64,000 bases of DNA from Tagaea sp. (GTDB lineage: Bacteria; Pseudomonadota; Alphaproteobacteria; CACIAM-22H2). Location of the stretch: the NCBI GenBank assembly GCA_965279525.1, contig CBDIIB010000005.1, positions 416,001-480,000 on the forward strand. The letters are read 5' to 3'. The notes beneath the pieces were generated by a model. The model saw only the letters and a list, made by a program, of their open reading frames with translations, was not told where the DNA came from and ran no database searches. Below, one piece after another: positions 9,533 to 19,596 of the stretch (position 1 is the first letter of the stretch; each line of letters opens with the position of its first letter). A program made the translations under genes and the position numbers.

Positions 9533-11047
9533 ATGGCCGCGATCCAGCCCGACCGCACCGTCGGCATCGTGGGTGCCGGCGCCATGGGCACCGGCATCGC
9601 GCAGATCGCCGCGAGTGCCGGCCACCGCGTGCGGCTCTACGACATGCGCGAGGGGGCGGTCGATACGGCCATCGCAAACCTGTCGAAGACGCTGGATACG
9701 CTCGTCTCCAAGGGCAAGCTTGCCGCCGACAAGGCCGACCTGATCCGCGGGCGGCTGGAGCCGGCCGAATCGCTCGGCGATTTCGACGTCTGCGCGCTGG
9801 TCGTGGAAGCCATCGCCGAGGAAGTCGAGGCCAAGCGCAAGCTCTTCGCCGACCTCGAAGGTGTCGTGGGCGCCGACTGCATCCTTGCGAGCAACACCTC
9901 GTCGCTGTCGATCTCGGCCATCGCGCGCGGCCTTGCCAGCCCCGAGCGCGTGGCCGGATTCCATTTCTTCAATCCGGCTCCCGTCATGGCGCTGGTCGAG
10001 ATCGTGTCGGGCCTTTCGACCTCGCACGACGTGGCGGCCACGCTGTTCGACACCGCGACCGCGTGGGGCAAGTCGCCCGTGCATGCGGCCTCCACGCCGG
10101 GCTTCGTCGTCAACCGCTGTGCGCGCCCGTTCTATGCCGAAGCGCTGCGCCTGCTGACCGAGCGCGCGGCCGATGCCGCCACCATCGATGCGGTGATGCG
10201 CGATGCCGGCGGCTTCCGCATGGGGCCGTGCGAACTGATGGACCTGATCGGCCACGACGTGAACTTCGCCGTGACCAATTCGGTGTTCGACGCCTATTTC
10301 AAGGACCCGCGCTATCTGCCCTCGGTCCTGCAGGCCGAGATGGTCGCGGCCGGAAGGCTGGGGCGCAAGAGCGGGCGCGGCTTCTTCGGCTATGGCGCAC
10401 AAGCCGACAAGCCCTACCCCTCGACCGAACCGGTGGGCACGCGGCCGGCACAGGTAATCGTCGAGGGCGAACTCGATTTCCTCGAACCGCTGGTCGCGCG
10501 CGCCAAGGACGTGGAACTCGCCGTCCATCGCCGCCCCGCAGGCGCGCGGGGGCCTTCGCTGCTGGTCGACGGCGTGGCGCTGCGCCTGACCGACGGGCGC
10601 ACGGCGACGGTGCGCGCCCGGCAGACGGGCGAGCATGCGCTGGTGCTGCATGATCTCGCCCTCGACTACACGGGCTGCACGCGCATCGCGGTTTCGGTCG
10701 CCGACCAGGCGACGGGCCAGGCCGCCGCGGTCGCGACCGGCTTCTTCCAGGCGTGCGGCATCGCGGTGTCGCTGATCGACGATGCGCCCGGCCTCATCGT
10801 CATGCGCACCTTCGCCATGCTGGTCAACGAGGCGCTCGAGGCCGTGCAGCAGGGCGTGGTCACGGCCGAGGGCGTCGACATCGCGATGACCAAGGGCGTC
10901 AACTATCCCAAGGGGCCGTTCGCGTGGGGCCGCGAGATCGGCCTGCCGACGGTCAAGACCGTGCTCGACAATCTGGCGGCCCACTATGGCGAGGACCGCT
11001 ACCGCGCGTCGCCGCGCCTCAACCGGCTGGTCGCGCGGGAACGATGA
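9533..11047 (+). CDS. paaH: 3-hydroxyacyl-CoA dehydrogenase PaaH
   Basis: GAGAMGTGIAQ, ASNTSSLSI, HFFNPAP, GFVVNR, GVNYPKGP. Confidence 0.9.
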   Translation: MAAIQPDRTVGIVGAGAMGTGIAQIAASAGHRVRLYDMREGAVDTAIANLSKTLDTLVSKGKLAADKADLIRGRLEPAESLGDFDVCALVVEAIAEEVEAKRKLFADLEGVVGADCILASNTSSLSISAIARGLASPERVAGFHFFNPAPVMALVEIVSGLSTSHDVAATLFDTATAWGKSPVHAASTPGFVVNRCARPFYAEALRLLTERAADAATIDAVMRDAGGFRMGPCELMDLIGHDVNFAVTNSVFDAYFKDPRYLPSVLQAEMVAAGRLGRKSGRGFFGYGAQADKPYPSTEPVGTRPAQVIVEGELDFLEPLVARAKDVELAVHRRPAGARGPSLLVDGVALRLTDGRTATVRARQTGEHALVLHDLALDYTGCTRIAVSVADQATGQAAAVATGFFQACGIAVSLIDDAPGLIVMRTFAMLVNEALEAVQQGVVTAEGVDIAMTKGVNYPKGPFAWGREIGLPTVKTVLDNLAAHYGEDRYRASPRLNRLVARER

Positions 11048-11502
11048 GCGCGCGCTCCAAGGACGCGCTCGCCGCGAAGGCCGCCGATGCGATGTGGGCG
11101 CAGGACCGCGCGTCGAAGCATCTCGGCATGGAGCTGGTCTCGGCCACATCGGGCAAGGCCGTCATGCGCATGAAGGTGGTGCCTGAGTTCTGCAACGGCC
11201 ACGGCACGTGCCATGGCGGCTTCATCTTCTCGCTGGCGGATTCCACGTTCGCGTTCGCGTGCAACAGCCACAACAAGGTGACGGTCGCCAACAACTGCGC
11301 GATCACGTTCGTGGCACCTGCGTTCGAGGGCGACGTGCTGACCGCAAGTGCGGTCGAGGTGCATCGCGGCGGCCGCTCGGGCGTGACGGAAGTCGAGGTG
11401 CGCGGGCAAGACGGCGGGCTCGTCGCCCTGTTCCGCGGCCATTCGACCCAGATCAAGGGCGAGCTCGTGCCGGGACTGACATCAGAGGAACCGCACAAAT
11501 GA
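11044..11502 (+). CDS. paaI: Hydroxyphenylacetyl-CoA thioesterase PaaI
   Basis: NGHGTCHGGFIFSLADSTFAFACNS hot-dog motif; ATGA overlap. Confidence 0.92.
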   Translation: MSARSKDALAAKAADAMWAQDRASKHLGMELVSATSGKAVMRMKVVPEFCNGHGTCHGGFIFSLADSTFAFACNSHNKVTVANNCAITFVAPAFEGDVLTASAVEVHRGGRSGVTEVEVRGQDGGLVALFRGHSTQIKGELVPGLTSEEPHK

Positions 11503-12698
11503 AAGACGCCTTCATCGTCGACGCGATCCGCACGCCGGTCGGCCGCTATGGCGGCGCGCTTTCGGGCGTGCGCACCGACGATCTCGCCGCCATCCCGCTC
11601 CGCGAACTCGTGAAGCGCAACGCGGGCGTGGATTTCGCCGCCGTGGACGACGTCGTGTTCGGCTGCGCCAACCAGGCGGGCGAGGACAACCGCAACGTCG
11701 CGCGCATGGCGCTGCTGCTGGCGGGGCTTCCCGTGGGCGTGTCGGGCACGACGATCAACCGGCTGTGCGGCTCGGGTCTGGATGCGCTTGCCATGGCCGC
11801 GCGCGCGATCCGCACCGGCGAATGCGACCTGATGATCGCGGGTGGCGTGGAAAGCATGAGCCGCGCGCCCTTCGTGATGGGCAAAGCGGAGACCGCTTTC
11901 AGCCGCGATGCCGCGATCTACGACACGACCATCGGCTGGCGCTTCGTCAATGCGCTGATGAAGCAGATGCACGGCATCGATTCGATGCCCGAGACGGCCG
12001 AGAACGTCGCGGCCGACTATAAGGTGAGCCGCGAGGACCAGGACGCCTTCGCCGTGCGCAGCCAGGCCAAGGCATCGGCGGCACAGGCCAACGGGCGCCT
12101 CGCGATGGAGATCGTCGCGGTCGAGACGAAGAAGGGCAAGGAGACGGTGCTCGTCGACAAGGACGAGCATCCGCGCGCCACGTCGATCGAAGCGTTGGCG
12201 AAGCTCAAAGCGCCCTTCCGCGCCGGTGGCACCGTCACGGCCGGCAACGCGTCGGGCGTCAATGACGGGGCGGCCGCTTTGCTGCTGGCTTCCGAGGACG
12301 CGATCAAGCGATTTGACCTCACGCCACGCGCACGCGTGGTGGGGGCCGCCACCGCCGGCGTGCCGCCGCGCATCATGGGGATGGGGCCGGCCCCCGCCAC
12401 GAAGAAGCTGCTCGCCAAGCTCGGCTGGTCCGTCGCCGATCTCGACGTGATCGAGTTGAACGAGGCGTTCGCGGCACAGGCCTTGCCGGTGCTTCGCGAA
12501 CTCGGCCTGGCCGACGATGCCGCGAACGTCAACCCGAATGGCGGGGCGATCGCGCTCGGCCATCCGCTCGGCATGTCGGGGGCGCGCATGGCGCTGTCGG
12601 CGATGATCGAGCTTGAGCAGAAAAAGAAGAAGCGCGCGCTCGCGACGATGTGCATCGGCGTGGGCCAGGGGATCGCATTGGCGCTCGAACGCGTGTGA
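11499..12698 (+). CDS. paaJ: 3-oxoadipyl-CoA thiolase (PaaJ/PcaF)
   Basis: NQAGEDNRNVARM, NRLCGSG, NEAFA, GHPLGMSG, MCIGVGQG. Confidence 0.92.
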   Translation: MKDAFIVDAIRTPVGRYGGALSGVRTDDLAAIPLRELVKRNAGVDFAAVDDVVFGCANQAGEDNRNVARMALLLAGLPVGVSGTTINRLCGSGLDALAMAARAIRTGECDLMIAGGVESMSRAPFVMGKAETAFSRDAAIYDTTIGWRFVNALMKQMHGIDSMPETAENVAADYKVSREDQDAFAVRSQAKASAAQANGRLAMEIVAVETKKGKETVLVDKDEHPRATSIEALAKLKAPFRAGGTVTAGNASGVNDGAAALLLASEDAIKRFDLTPRARVVGAATAGVPPRIMGMGPAPATKKLLAKLGWSVADLDVIELNEAFAAQALPVLRELGLADDAANVNPNGGAIALGHPLGMSGARMALSAMIELEQKKKKRALATMCIGVGQGIALALERV

Positions 12699-12708
12699 GG
12701 ACACGTCC

Positions 12709-14099
12709 ATGGCGGCAAAGAAGAAGAAAGCCACCTTCCGGTTCAAACTGACATCGCGCGGCCCCGCCGCCGTCGCCGGCAAGCAGCTGCGCGGCGGCTG
12801 CCCGCGCAAGCTGCTCGACCCGATCGAGATCGCCAGCCGCGACGAGATCGCCGCGTTGCAGACCAGGCGCCTCAAATGGACGCTCGCGCACGCCTACAAA
12901 AACGTACCGATCTATCGCAAGAAGTTCGACGATGCCGGCGTGCATCCGTCGGACTTCCGCCGGCTGGAGGATCTCGCGATCTTCCCCTTACACCACCAAG
13001 GAAGACCTGCGCAAGGCCTACCCGTTCGGCATGTTCGCGATCCCGCGCGAGAAATGCGTGCGCATCCATGCCTCGTCGGGCACCACGGGCAAGCCGACGG
13101 TCGTGGGCTACAGCCGGGCCGACATCGCGAACTGGGCAAACGCTCGTCGCGCGTTCGATCCGCGCTGCCGGCGGGCTGCCGGGCGACCTCCTGCATGTCG
13201 CTTACGGCTACGGGTTGTTCACCGGCGGTCTGGGCGCGCACTACGGCGGCGAGGCGCTGGGCTGCACGGTGATCCCGATGTCGGGCGGGCAGACCGAAAA
13301 GCAGGTCCAGCTGATCGCGGATTTCAAGCCGCAGCTGATCATGGTCACGCCCAGCTACATGCTGGCGATCGCCGACGAGTTCGAGAAGCAGGGGCTCGAC
13401 CCGCGCCGGTCCTCGCTGCTGGTCGGCATCCACGGCGCGGAGCCGTGGACCGATTCGATGCGCAAGCAGATCGAGGCGCGCTTCGCGATGGATGCGGTCG
13501 ACATCTACGGTCTCTCGGAAGTGATGGGGCCGGGTGTCGCCAACGAGTGCATCGAGACCAAGGACGGCCCGACGATCTGGGAAGACCATTTCTATCCCGA
13601 GATCCTCGAGCCCGTGACCGGCACGCCGCTACCCGACGGCGACACGGGCGAGCTTGCGTTCACGACGCTGACGAAGGAGGCGTTCCCCGTCATCCGCTAT
13701 CGCACGCGGGACCTGACGACGCTGCTGCCGGGTACGGCGCGTTCGATGCGCCGCATGGCGCGCATCACCGGGCGCAGCGACGACATGATGATCGTGCGCG
13801 GCGTCAACGTGTTCCCGACGCAGATCGAGGAGCTGATCCTGAAGGATGCGCGGCTCTCGCCGCACTACGTGCTGGAGCTGCGCCGCGAGCACCATCTCGA
13901 CACGCTCGACATCGTCGTCGAGCCCCGGCCCGAGTGTGCCGCCGATGCCGTGGCACTGGGCAAAGCCGCCGCCCTGCTGGTGCAGAACGTGAAGGCCTAT
14001 GTCGGCGTGACGGCGGGCGTGACGATCGCGCAGGTCGGCCAGGTCGCCCGCTCGATCGGCAAGGCCAAGCGCGTCATCGACCTGCGCGCGAAGGAATGA
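12709..14099 (+). CDS. paaK: Phenylacetate-CoA ligase PaaK; frameshifted at ~12988 and ~13140
   Basis: Motifs spread over three frames: [10 protein letters not shown]; [15 protein letters not shown]; [42 protein letters not shown]. Confidence 0.88.
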
Positions 14100-15661
14100 A
14101 TTTCGAGCAGCCGCGCTACGATTTCGTTCCGCCGCCGGAGCTTGGCGGGGGCCCGCCTGCCCGCCATCCCGTCGTGGTCATCGGTGCGGGCCCCGTCGGC
14201 CTCACGCTTGCCATCGATCTTGCGATGCGCGGCACGAAGGTCGTGCTGCTGGACGACGACGCCACCGTGTCGGTCGGCTCGCGCGGCATCTGCTATGCCA
14301 AGCGCACGCTCGAGATCTTCGACCGGCTGGGCTGTGCCGCCCCCATGCTCGACAAGGGTGTCACGTGGCAGGTCGGCAAGGTGTTCTTCGGCGAGGGGCA
14401 GGTCTATGCCTTCGACCTGCTGCCCGAGGGCGGCCACCGGTTCCCGGCCTTCATCAATCTCCAGCAATACTGGCTGGAGAAGTTCCTCGTCGACCGCGCG
14501 CAGGGCCTGCCCGGCCTCGACCTGCGCTGGCGCAACAAGGTGACGGGCGTGGTCAGCGCACGCTGACGCACGTCGATGCTGTCGGTCGAAACACCGGCCG
14601 GCCCCTATGAGATCGAAGCCGACTGGGTCGTCGCGTGCGACGGCGCGCGCAGCCCGACGCGCAAGGCTCTCGGCCTCGATTTCAAGGGACGCGTGTTCGA
14701 GGACCGCTTCCTGATCGCCGACGTACGCATGACGGCCCCCTTCCCGACCGAGCGCTGGTTCTGGTTCGAGCCGCCATTCCACGAAGGCGGCTCGACGCTG
14801 CTGCACAAACAGCCGGATGATCTCTGGCGCATCGACTTCCAGCTCGGCTGGGGGGCCGATCCGGAGAAGGAGAAGGACCCCGCGAAGGTTTCCGCGCGCG
14901 TGCGCGCAATGCTGGGGCCGGACGTGGAATTCGAACTCGAATGGGTCAGCGTCTACACGTTCCAGTGCCGGCGCATCGAACGCATGCGCCATGGCCGCGT
15001 GCTGTTCGCGGGCGATGCGGCCCATCAGGTCAGCCCGTTCGGCGCGCGGGGTGCGAACTCCGGCGTGCAGGATGCCGACAATCTGGGCTGGAAGCTTGCC
15101 CTCGTCGCGTCCGGGGCCGCACCCGAACGTCTGCTCGACAGCTACGATGCCGAGCGTGCGCAGGCCGCCGACGAAAACATCCTCAATTCGACGCGCGCGA
15201 CCGATTTCATCACGCCGAAGAACGCCGGTGCCCGCCGGCTGCGCGATGCCACGCTCGAACTGGCGCGCGACCATGCCTTCGCGCGGCGCCTCGTGAACTC
15301 GGGCCGCCTGTCGCTGCCCACGCATCACGCCGCTTCGCCGCTCAACACGCCCGACGCGGACGATTTCGCCGGCGGCCCGCCGCCGGGCTCGCCCGCCCTC
15401 GACGCGCCCGACGGCAAGGGCTGGCTGCTCGACCGGCTGAAAGGCGGGTTCACGCTGCTGCAGTTCGGCGGGGACGCGCACGCAAGCGCCAGCATCGTGC
15501 CGCCCGACCGCACCCAGGCCTGGCAGCGCTACGACGCGAAGCCCGGCACGGTCTACCTGTTCCGCCCCGACCAGCATGTCTGCTACCGCGCGCGGCGTTT
15601 CGACAAAGCCGCGATCGACGCCGCAATCGCGCGCGCCACTTCTCCGGAGACCCCGACATGA
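14096..15661 (+). CDS. FAD-dependent monooxygenase (MhpA/PheA-like); interrupted by in-frame TGA at 14564-14566
   Basis: [45 protein letters not shown]; both halves in the same frame. Confidence 0.85.
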
Positions 15662-15849
15662 CGAAACTTCGCACCGACCCCGCCCCGGGAAATCCGGACG
15701 AGCTCTACGCGCTGCTCGTCGACGCCTACCGCGACCTCGACGACGCCGCGTGTGCGAAGCTCGACGCGAAGCTCGTGCTGCTGCTCGCCAACCACATCGG
15801 CGACCTCGACACGATCCGCGAGGCGATCGCGGCGGCGCGCCGTTCTTGA
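15658..15849 (+). CDS. DUF2783 family protein
   Basis: PDELYALL...KLVLLLANHIGD; ATGA overlap with monooxygenase. Confidence 0.85.
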   Translation: MTKLRTDPAPGNPDELYALLVDAYRDLDDAACAKLDAKLVLLLANHIGDLDTIREAIAAARRS

Positions 15850-16069
15850 TATTTGTCCTAGTATAGGATAGTATCTTCCGGTCGAAAGGGAACCGGAAGC
15901 CATGCGGATCGGGGAATCACAGGCGGCGATATCGGCCAGAAAGCCCGTCGTTGCAGCAGAATTTGCGTCGCCTATCGTAACCTGTTTCCGTCCGGCCGGC
16001 CCGAGCGATTCCAGCGAGTTACCGGGCAAAATATCCTACATCACCGTGCATCGGCGCGTTACCCGTCGC

Positions 16070-17074
16070 CTAATTCCGGCCGACCGTCAGCACGATCTTG
16101 CCGATATGCGTGTCGGCCTCCATCAGCGCGTGCGCCTTGGCGGCGTCGGCCAGCGGGAACGTGGCGTGGATCAGCGGGCGCACGGTGCCGGCATCGAGCA
16201 GCGGCCACACCTTCTCCTTGAGCGCCGCCGCGATGGCGCCCTTCTGCGCCACCGAGCGCGGACGCAGCGTCGAGCCGGTATAGGTGAGGCGCTTGCGCAT
16301 GATCGCGTCGAGCTGGGCTTCGACCTTGGCGCCGCGCAGGAACGCGATCTGCACGATACGGCCTTCCACCGCGCACGCCTCGATGTTGCGCATGAAATAG
16401 TCGCCGCCGACCATGTCGAGGATCAGGTCCACGCCGTGCCCGCCGGTGAATTCCTTCGCGGCGGCGACGAAATCCTCTTTCTTGTAGTCGATCGCCCGGT
16501 CGGCGCCGAGCCTGGCGACGGCCGCGCATTTTTCGGCCGTGCCCGCCGTCGCCATCACGTGCGCGCCGAACGCCTTGGCAAGCTGCACGGCCGTCGTGCC
16601 GATGCCCGACGCCCCGCCATGCACGAGGAAATATTCGCCGGCCTTCAGCCCGCCGCGTTCGAACACGTTGGTCCACACGGTGAAAAAGGTTTCGGGCACC
16701 GCCGCCGCCTCGATGTCGGTGAAGCCCTTCGGGATCGGCAGACACTGCAATGCAGGTGCAGCCGCGTATTGCGCATAGCCGCCGCCGGCGACCAGCGCGC
16801 ACACGCGCTCGCCGATCTTCGGCCACGAAACGCCGGGGGCTGCGGCCACGACCTTGCCCGCCACTTCCAGCCCCAGCGTGTCGGGCGCACCGGGCGGCGG
16901 CGGGTATTTGCCCGTGCGCTGCAGCACGTCCGGCCGGTTGACGCCGGCAGCCGCCACCTCGACCAGCACCTCGCCCGCCTGCAGCACCGGCAGGGGCCTT
17001 GTCCCCAGCACGAGATTTTCGGCGGGCCCCGGAACGGGCAACTCGACGACGGACATCGTTTGGGGGAGACTCAT
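16070..17074 (-). CDS. NAD(P)H-quinone oxidoreductase (PIG3/Qor family)
   Basis: AGVNRPDVLQR, PETFFTVW, HGGASGIGT, GSTLRPR. Confidence 0.92.
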   Translation of the reverse strand: MSLPQTMSVVELPVPGPAENLVLGTRPLPVLQAGEVLVEVAAAGVNRPDVLQRTGKYPPPPGAPDTLGLEVAGKVVAAAPGVSWPKIGERVCALVAGGGYAQYAAAPALQCLPIPKGFTDIEAAAVPETFFTVWTNVFERGGLKAGEYFLVHGGASGIGTTAVQLAKAFGAHVMATAGTAEKCAAVARLGADRAIDYKKEDFVAAAKEFTGGHGVDLILDMVGGDYFMRNIEACAVEGRIVQIAFLRGAKVEAQLDAIMRKRLTYTGSTLRPRSVAQKGAIAAALKEKVWPLLDAGTVRPLIHATFPLADAAKAHALMEADTHIGKIVLTVGRN

Positions 17075-17103
17075 GGAAACCTCAATGATGGCGGAGACGG
17101 GCA

Positions 17104-17286
17104 ATGGAATTCGAGGATCTGGAACCCAAGCACAAGCTCGCCAAGCCCAAGGACCTGTCGGGCTGGGGGATCGCGGAACTGCAGGCGTATATCGAGCGGC
17201 TGCAAGGCGAGATCGCGCGCGCCCAGGCCGCCATCGACGCCAAGGACAAGCACCGCTCTGCCGCCGCCTCGTTTTTCAAGAGCTGA
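17104..17286 (+). CDS. DUF1192 family protein
   Basis: DLS...IAELQAYIERLQGEIAR...RSAAASFFK. Confidence 0.85.
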   Translation: MEFEDLEPKHKLAKPKDLSGWGIAELQAYIERLQGEIARAQAAIDAKDKHRSAAASFFKS

Positions 17287-17293
17287 CCGGGCT

Positions 17294-17521
17294 TCAAGAG
17301 CTGACGCGGCGCGACTTGCGCGTGACGAACATCAGCCAGCCGACGGGGCCGAGCAGCAGCACGAGCACCAGCCAGCCCACGCGGTGGCCGATCGGGCAGC
17401 CGGAACCCGGCGGCGGGCGCCAGCCACCGGCCCCGCGCGCGAACAGCACGTGGCAAAGCGGCAGCGCCCAGCCGATCACGACGATCAAAAGGGCCTCGGT
17501 CTGGGTCAGCATGACGCTCAT
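17294..17521 (-). CDS. Small membrane protein
   Basis: 75 aa, two hydrophobic segments, WLVLVLLLGPVGWL. Confidence 0.6.
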   Translation of the reverse strand: MSVMLTQTEALLIVVIGWALPLCHVLFARGAGGWRPPPGSGCPIGHRVGWLVLVLLLGPVGWLMFVTRKSRRVSS

Positions 17522-17595
17522 TCTGGCCTAGCGGGCGGCGAGGCGCTACAACGTTGCTGGAGACAGGCCCAGGCAATGGCAAGGACGAGGCGGAA

Positions 17596-18378
17596 ATGAC
17601 GCTCAAGGGCAGATCGGCGATCGTGACGGGTTCGACCAGCGGCATCGGGCTGGGGATCGCGCGCGCACTCGCGGCACAAGGCGCCAACATCATGCTCAAC
17701 GGCTTCGGCGATGCCGGCGCCATCGAAGCGCTGCGCAAGGAAATCGCCGCCGGCGGCGTCAAGGTCGCCTACTCGGCCGCCGACTTGACCAAGCCCGAAG
17801 CCGTCGCCGGCCTCGTCGCGTCGTGCATCGCGGAACTTGGCACGGTCGACATCCTCGTCAACAACGCCGGCATGCAGCACGTCGCCCCGGTCGACCAGTT
17901 CCCGCTCGAGATGTGGGACAAGGTCATCCAGCTCAATCTCACCTCGTGCTTCCAGGCGATCCGGGCCGCCCTGCCCGACATGAAGAAGCGCAACTGGGGG
18001 CGCATCGTCAACATCGCCTCGGCGCACGGCCTTGTCGCGTCGGCCGAGAAGTCGGCCTATGTCGCGGCCAAGCACGGCCTCATGGGCCTCACCAAGGTCG
18101 TGGCGCTGGAAACGGCGACGACCGGCATCACCGCCAATTCGATCTGCCCGGGCTGGGTGCTGACCCCGCTGGTGCAGAAGCAGATCGATGCGCTTGCCGC
18201 GCGCAAGGGCATTTCGGGCGAGGCCGCGAAGATCGAGCTCCTGTCGGAAAAGCAGCCGTCGAAGGAATTCGCCACGCCCGAGCAGATCGGCGGGCTTGCC
18301 GCCTTCCTGTGCTCGCCGGCGGCCGACCAGATCCGCGGCGCCTCGTTCTCGATCGACGGCGGCTGGACCGCGCAGTGA
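17596..18378 (+). CDS. bdhA: 3-hydroxybutyrate dehydrogenase
   Basis: TGSTSGIGLG, NNAGMQHV, SAHGLVAS..KSAYVAAKHG, LTPLVQKQI, DGGWTAQ. Confidence 0.92.
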   Translation: MTLKGRSAIVTGSTSGIGLGIARALAAQGANIMLNGFGDAGAIEALRKEIAAGGVKVAYSAADLTKPEAVAGLVASCIAELGTVDILVNNAGMQHVAPVDQFPLEMWDKVIQLNLTSCFQAIRAALPDMKKRNWGRIVNIASAHGLVASAEKSAYVAAKHGLMGLTKVVALETATTGITANSICPGWVLTPLVQKQIDALAARKGISGEAAKIELLSEKQPSKEFATPEQIGGLAAFLCSPAADQIRGASFSIDGGWTAQ

Positions 18379-18400
18379 GGACACGCAAGTGAAACTCGAC

Positions 18401-19105
18401 ATGGTCAAGCATGCACCTGAAACGGCGGTCAAGGGGGCCGCATGGGCGGTGCATGCGCTGACGGCGTCGGGTGCCGTGATCGGCCTGCTGGCGCTGTTCG
18501 CGGTCATCGAGGGCGACGCGCGCCAGGCGCTGCTGTGGCTGGGCCTTGCCCTCATCGTCGACGGCATCGACGGCCCGGTCGCGCGCAAGCTCGACGTCGC
18601 CAATCGCCTGCCGCGCTTCGACGGGGCGCTGCTCGACCTGGTGGTCGACTATCTCACCTATGTGGTCGTGCCGGCCGTGATGATGTGGCAGTTCGGCTGG
18701 CTGGGCGACGGCTGGCTCGCGGCCGCGGCGGCGGGCTGGATCATCTTCAGCGCGCTCTACGTCTTCGCCAATCTCGACCTCAAGACCGAAGACAACTACT
18801 TCGTCGGCTTCCCGGCGATCTGGAACGTGGTGGCCCTGTTCATGTTCGTGCTCGAGCCCGAGCCGTGGATGAACCTCGTGGCCGTCGCGGTGCTGGGTGC
18901 CTTCAGCTTCACGAAGGTGAAGTCCGCCCATCCGCTGCGCGTGCGCGATTTCCGCACCGTCACGCTGGGCATGGCGGCACTCTGGGTCGGCACGTCGTTC
19001 GGCCTCATCTGGCTGTCGCCCGCACGGCCCGATCTCCTCCTCGCGGGCTGGCTTGCCGCCAACGCGTGGTTCGTCGGCCTCAGCTTCTGGCGCAGTTTTC
19101 GCTAG
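18401..19105 (+). CDS. pcs: Phosphatidylcholine synthase
   Basis: VHALTASG, DGIDGPVAR, DGALLDLVVDYLTY, YFVGFPAIWN; alternative GTG start 18389. Confidence 0.88.
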   Translation: MVKHAPETAVKGAAWAVHALTASGAVIGLLALFAVIEGDARQALLWLGLALIVDGIDGPVARKLDVANRLPRFDGALLDLVVDYLTYVVVPAVMMWQFGWLGDGWLAAAAAGWIIFSALYVFANLDLKTEDNYFVGFPAIWNVVALFMFVLEPEPWMNLVAVAVLGAFSFTKVKSAHPLRVRDFRTVTLGMAALWVGTSFGLIWLSPARPDLLLAGWLAANAWFVGLSFWRSFR

Positions 19106-19123
19106 GTCCGTCCGATGTTCCGG

Positions 19124-19525
19124 TCACTCGCCCTGCGGACGCACGCCCATCCGGCGCCACAGCTCGTCGCTGAGGTCGCCCTGGCGCACGACCGGGCCGG
19201 TGGGCCGCGGCGGGGCGGGCTCGGGCGGCGGGATGTCGACCAGCGGATGCTCCTCGGCCTTGAAATAGATCATCCAGCTCGCCGCCCCCAGCGTGCCGGC
19301 CATCGCGATGCCCAGCGCCGCGAAGATCACCAGCTTCAGCCGGTTGAGGCGCGGGGCAGGTTCGGGCACCGCGGGCGGGGCATCGTCGGCGAGTGCCGCC
19401 TTGCCCTTCATGCCGGGACCCGGCTTGCCGCCTTTTGCAGGCGGGCCGCCCTTGGGCGCGGGTTTGCCGGCCGGCATCGCGGGTGTCCGGGGGCCTCTGG
19501 CGGGTGCTTTCGCGGGTGCGGCCAT
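19124..19525 (-). CDS. Hypothetical single-pass membrane protein, Pro/Lys/Ala-rich
   Basis: Low-complexity N-terminus, one TM helix; fills gap. Confidence 0.55.
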   Translation of the reverse strand: MAAPAKAPARGPRTPAMPAGKPAPKGGPPAKGGKPGPGMKGKAALADDAPPAVPEPAPRLNRLKLVIFAALGIAMAGTLGAASWMIYFKAEEHPLVDIPPPEPAPPRPTGPVVRQGDLSDELWRRMGVRPQGE

Positions 19526-19596
19526 GGGAATGAGTCTAACCGATCCGGCGTTTCCCGTCATGGGATAGCCGACCAAACGGAGAAAGCCTGAGTCAC

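Noticed and set aside
7629-12875. Long antisense or alternative-frame ORFs (e.g. 7629..9743, 9377..11149, 11019..12875) as overlapping genes
   Set aside because: Expected shadows of high-GC coding sequence; Arg/Ala-rich with no motifs. The same applies across the window
14564-14566. In-frame TGA in the FAD monooxygenase as selenocysteine or readthrough
   Set aside because: Not a Cys-equivalent position; three single-base insertions explain it and restore a plausible sequence
17074-17104. Very short divergent spacers (qor/DUF1192, also recQ/VOC at 23463-23492)
   Set aside because: Compact or leaderless arrangements are common in alphaproteobacteria, and start assignments are uncertain
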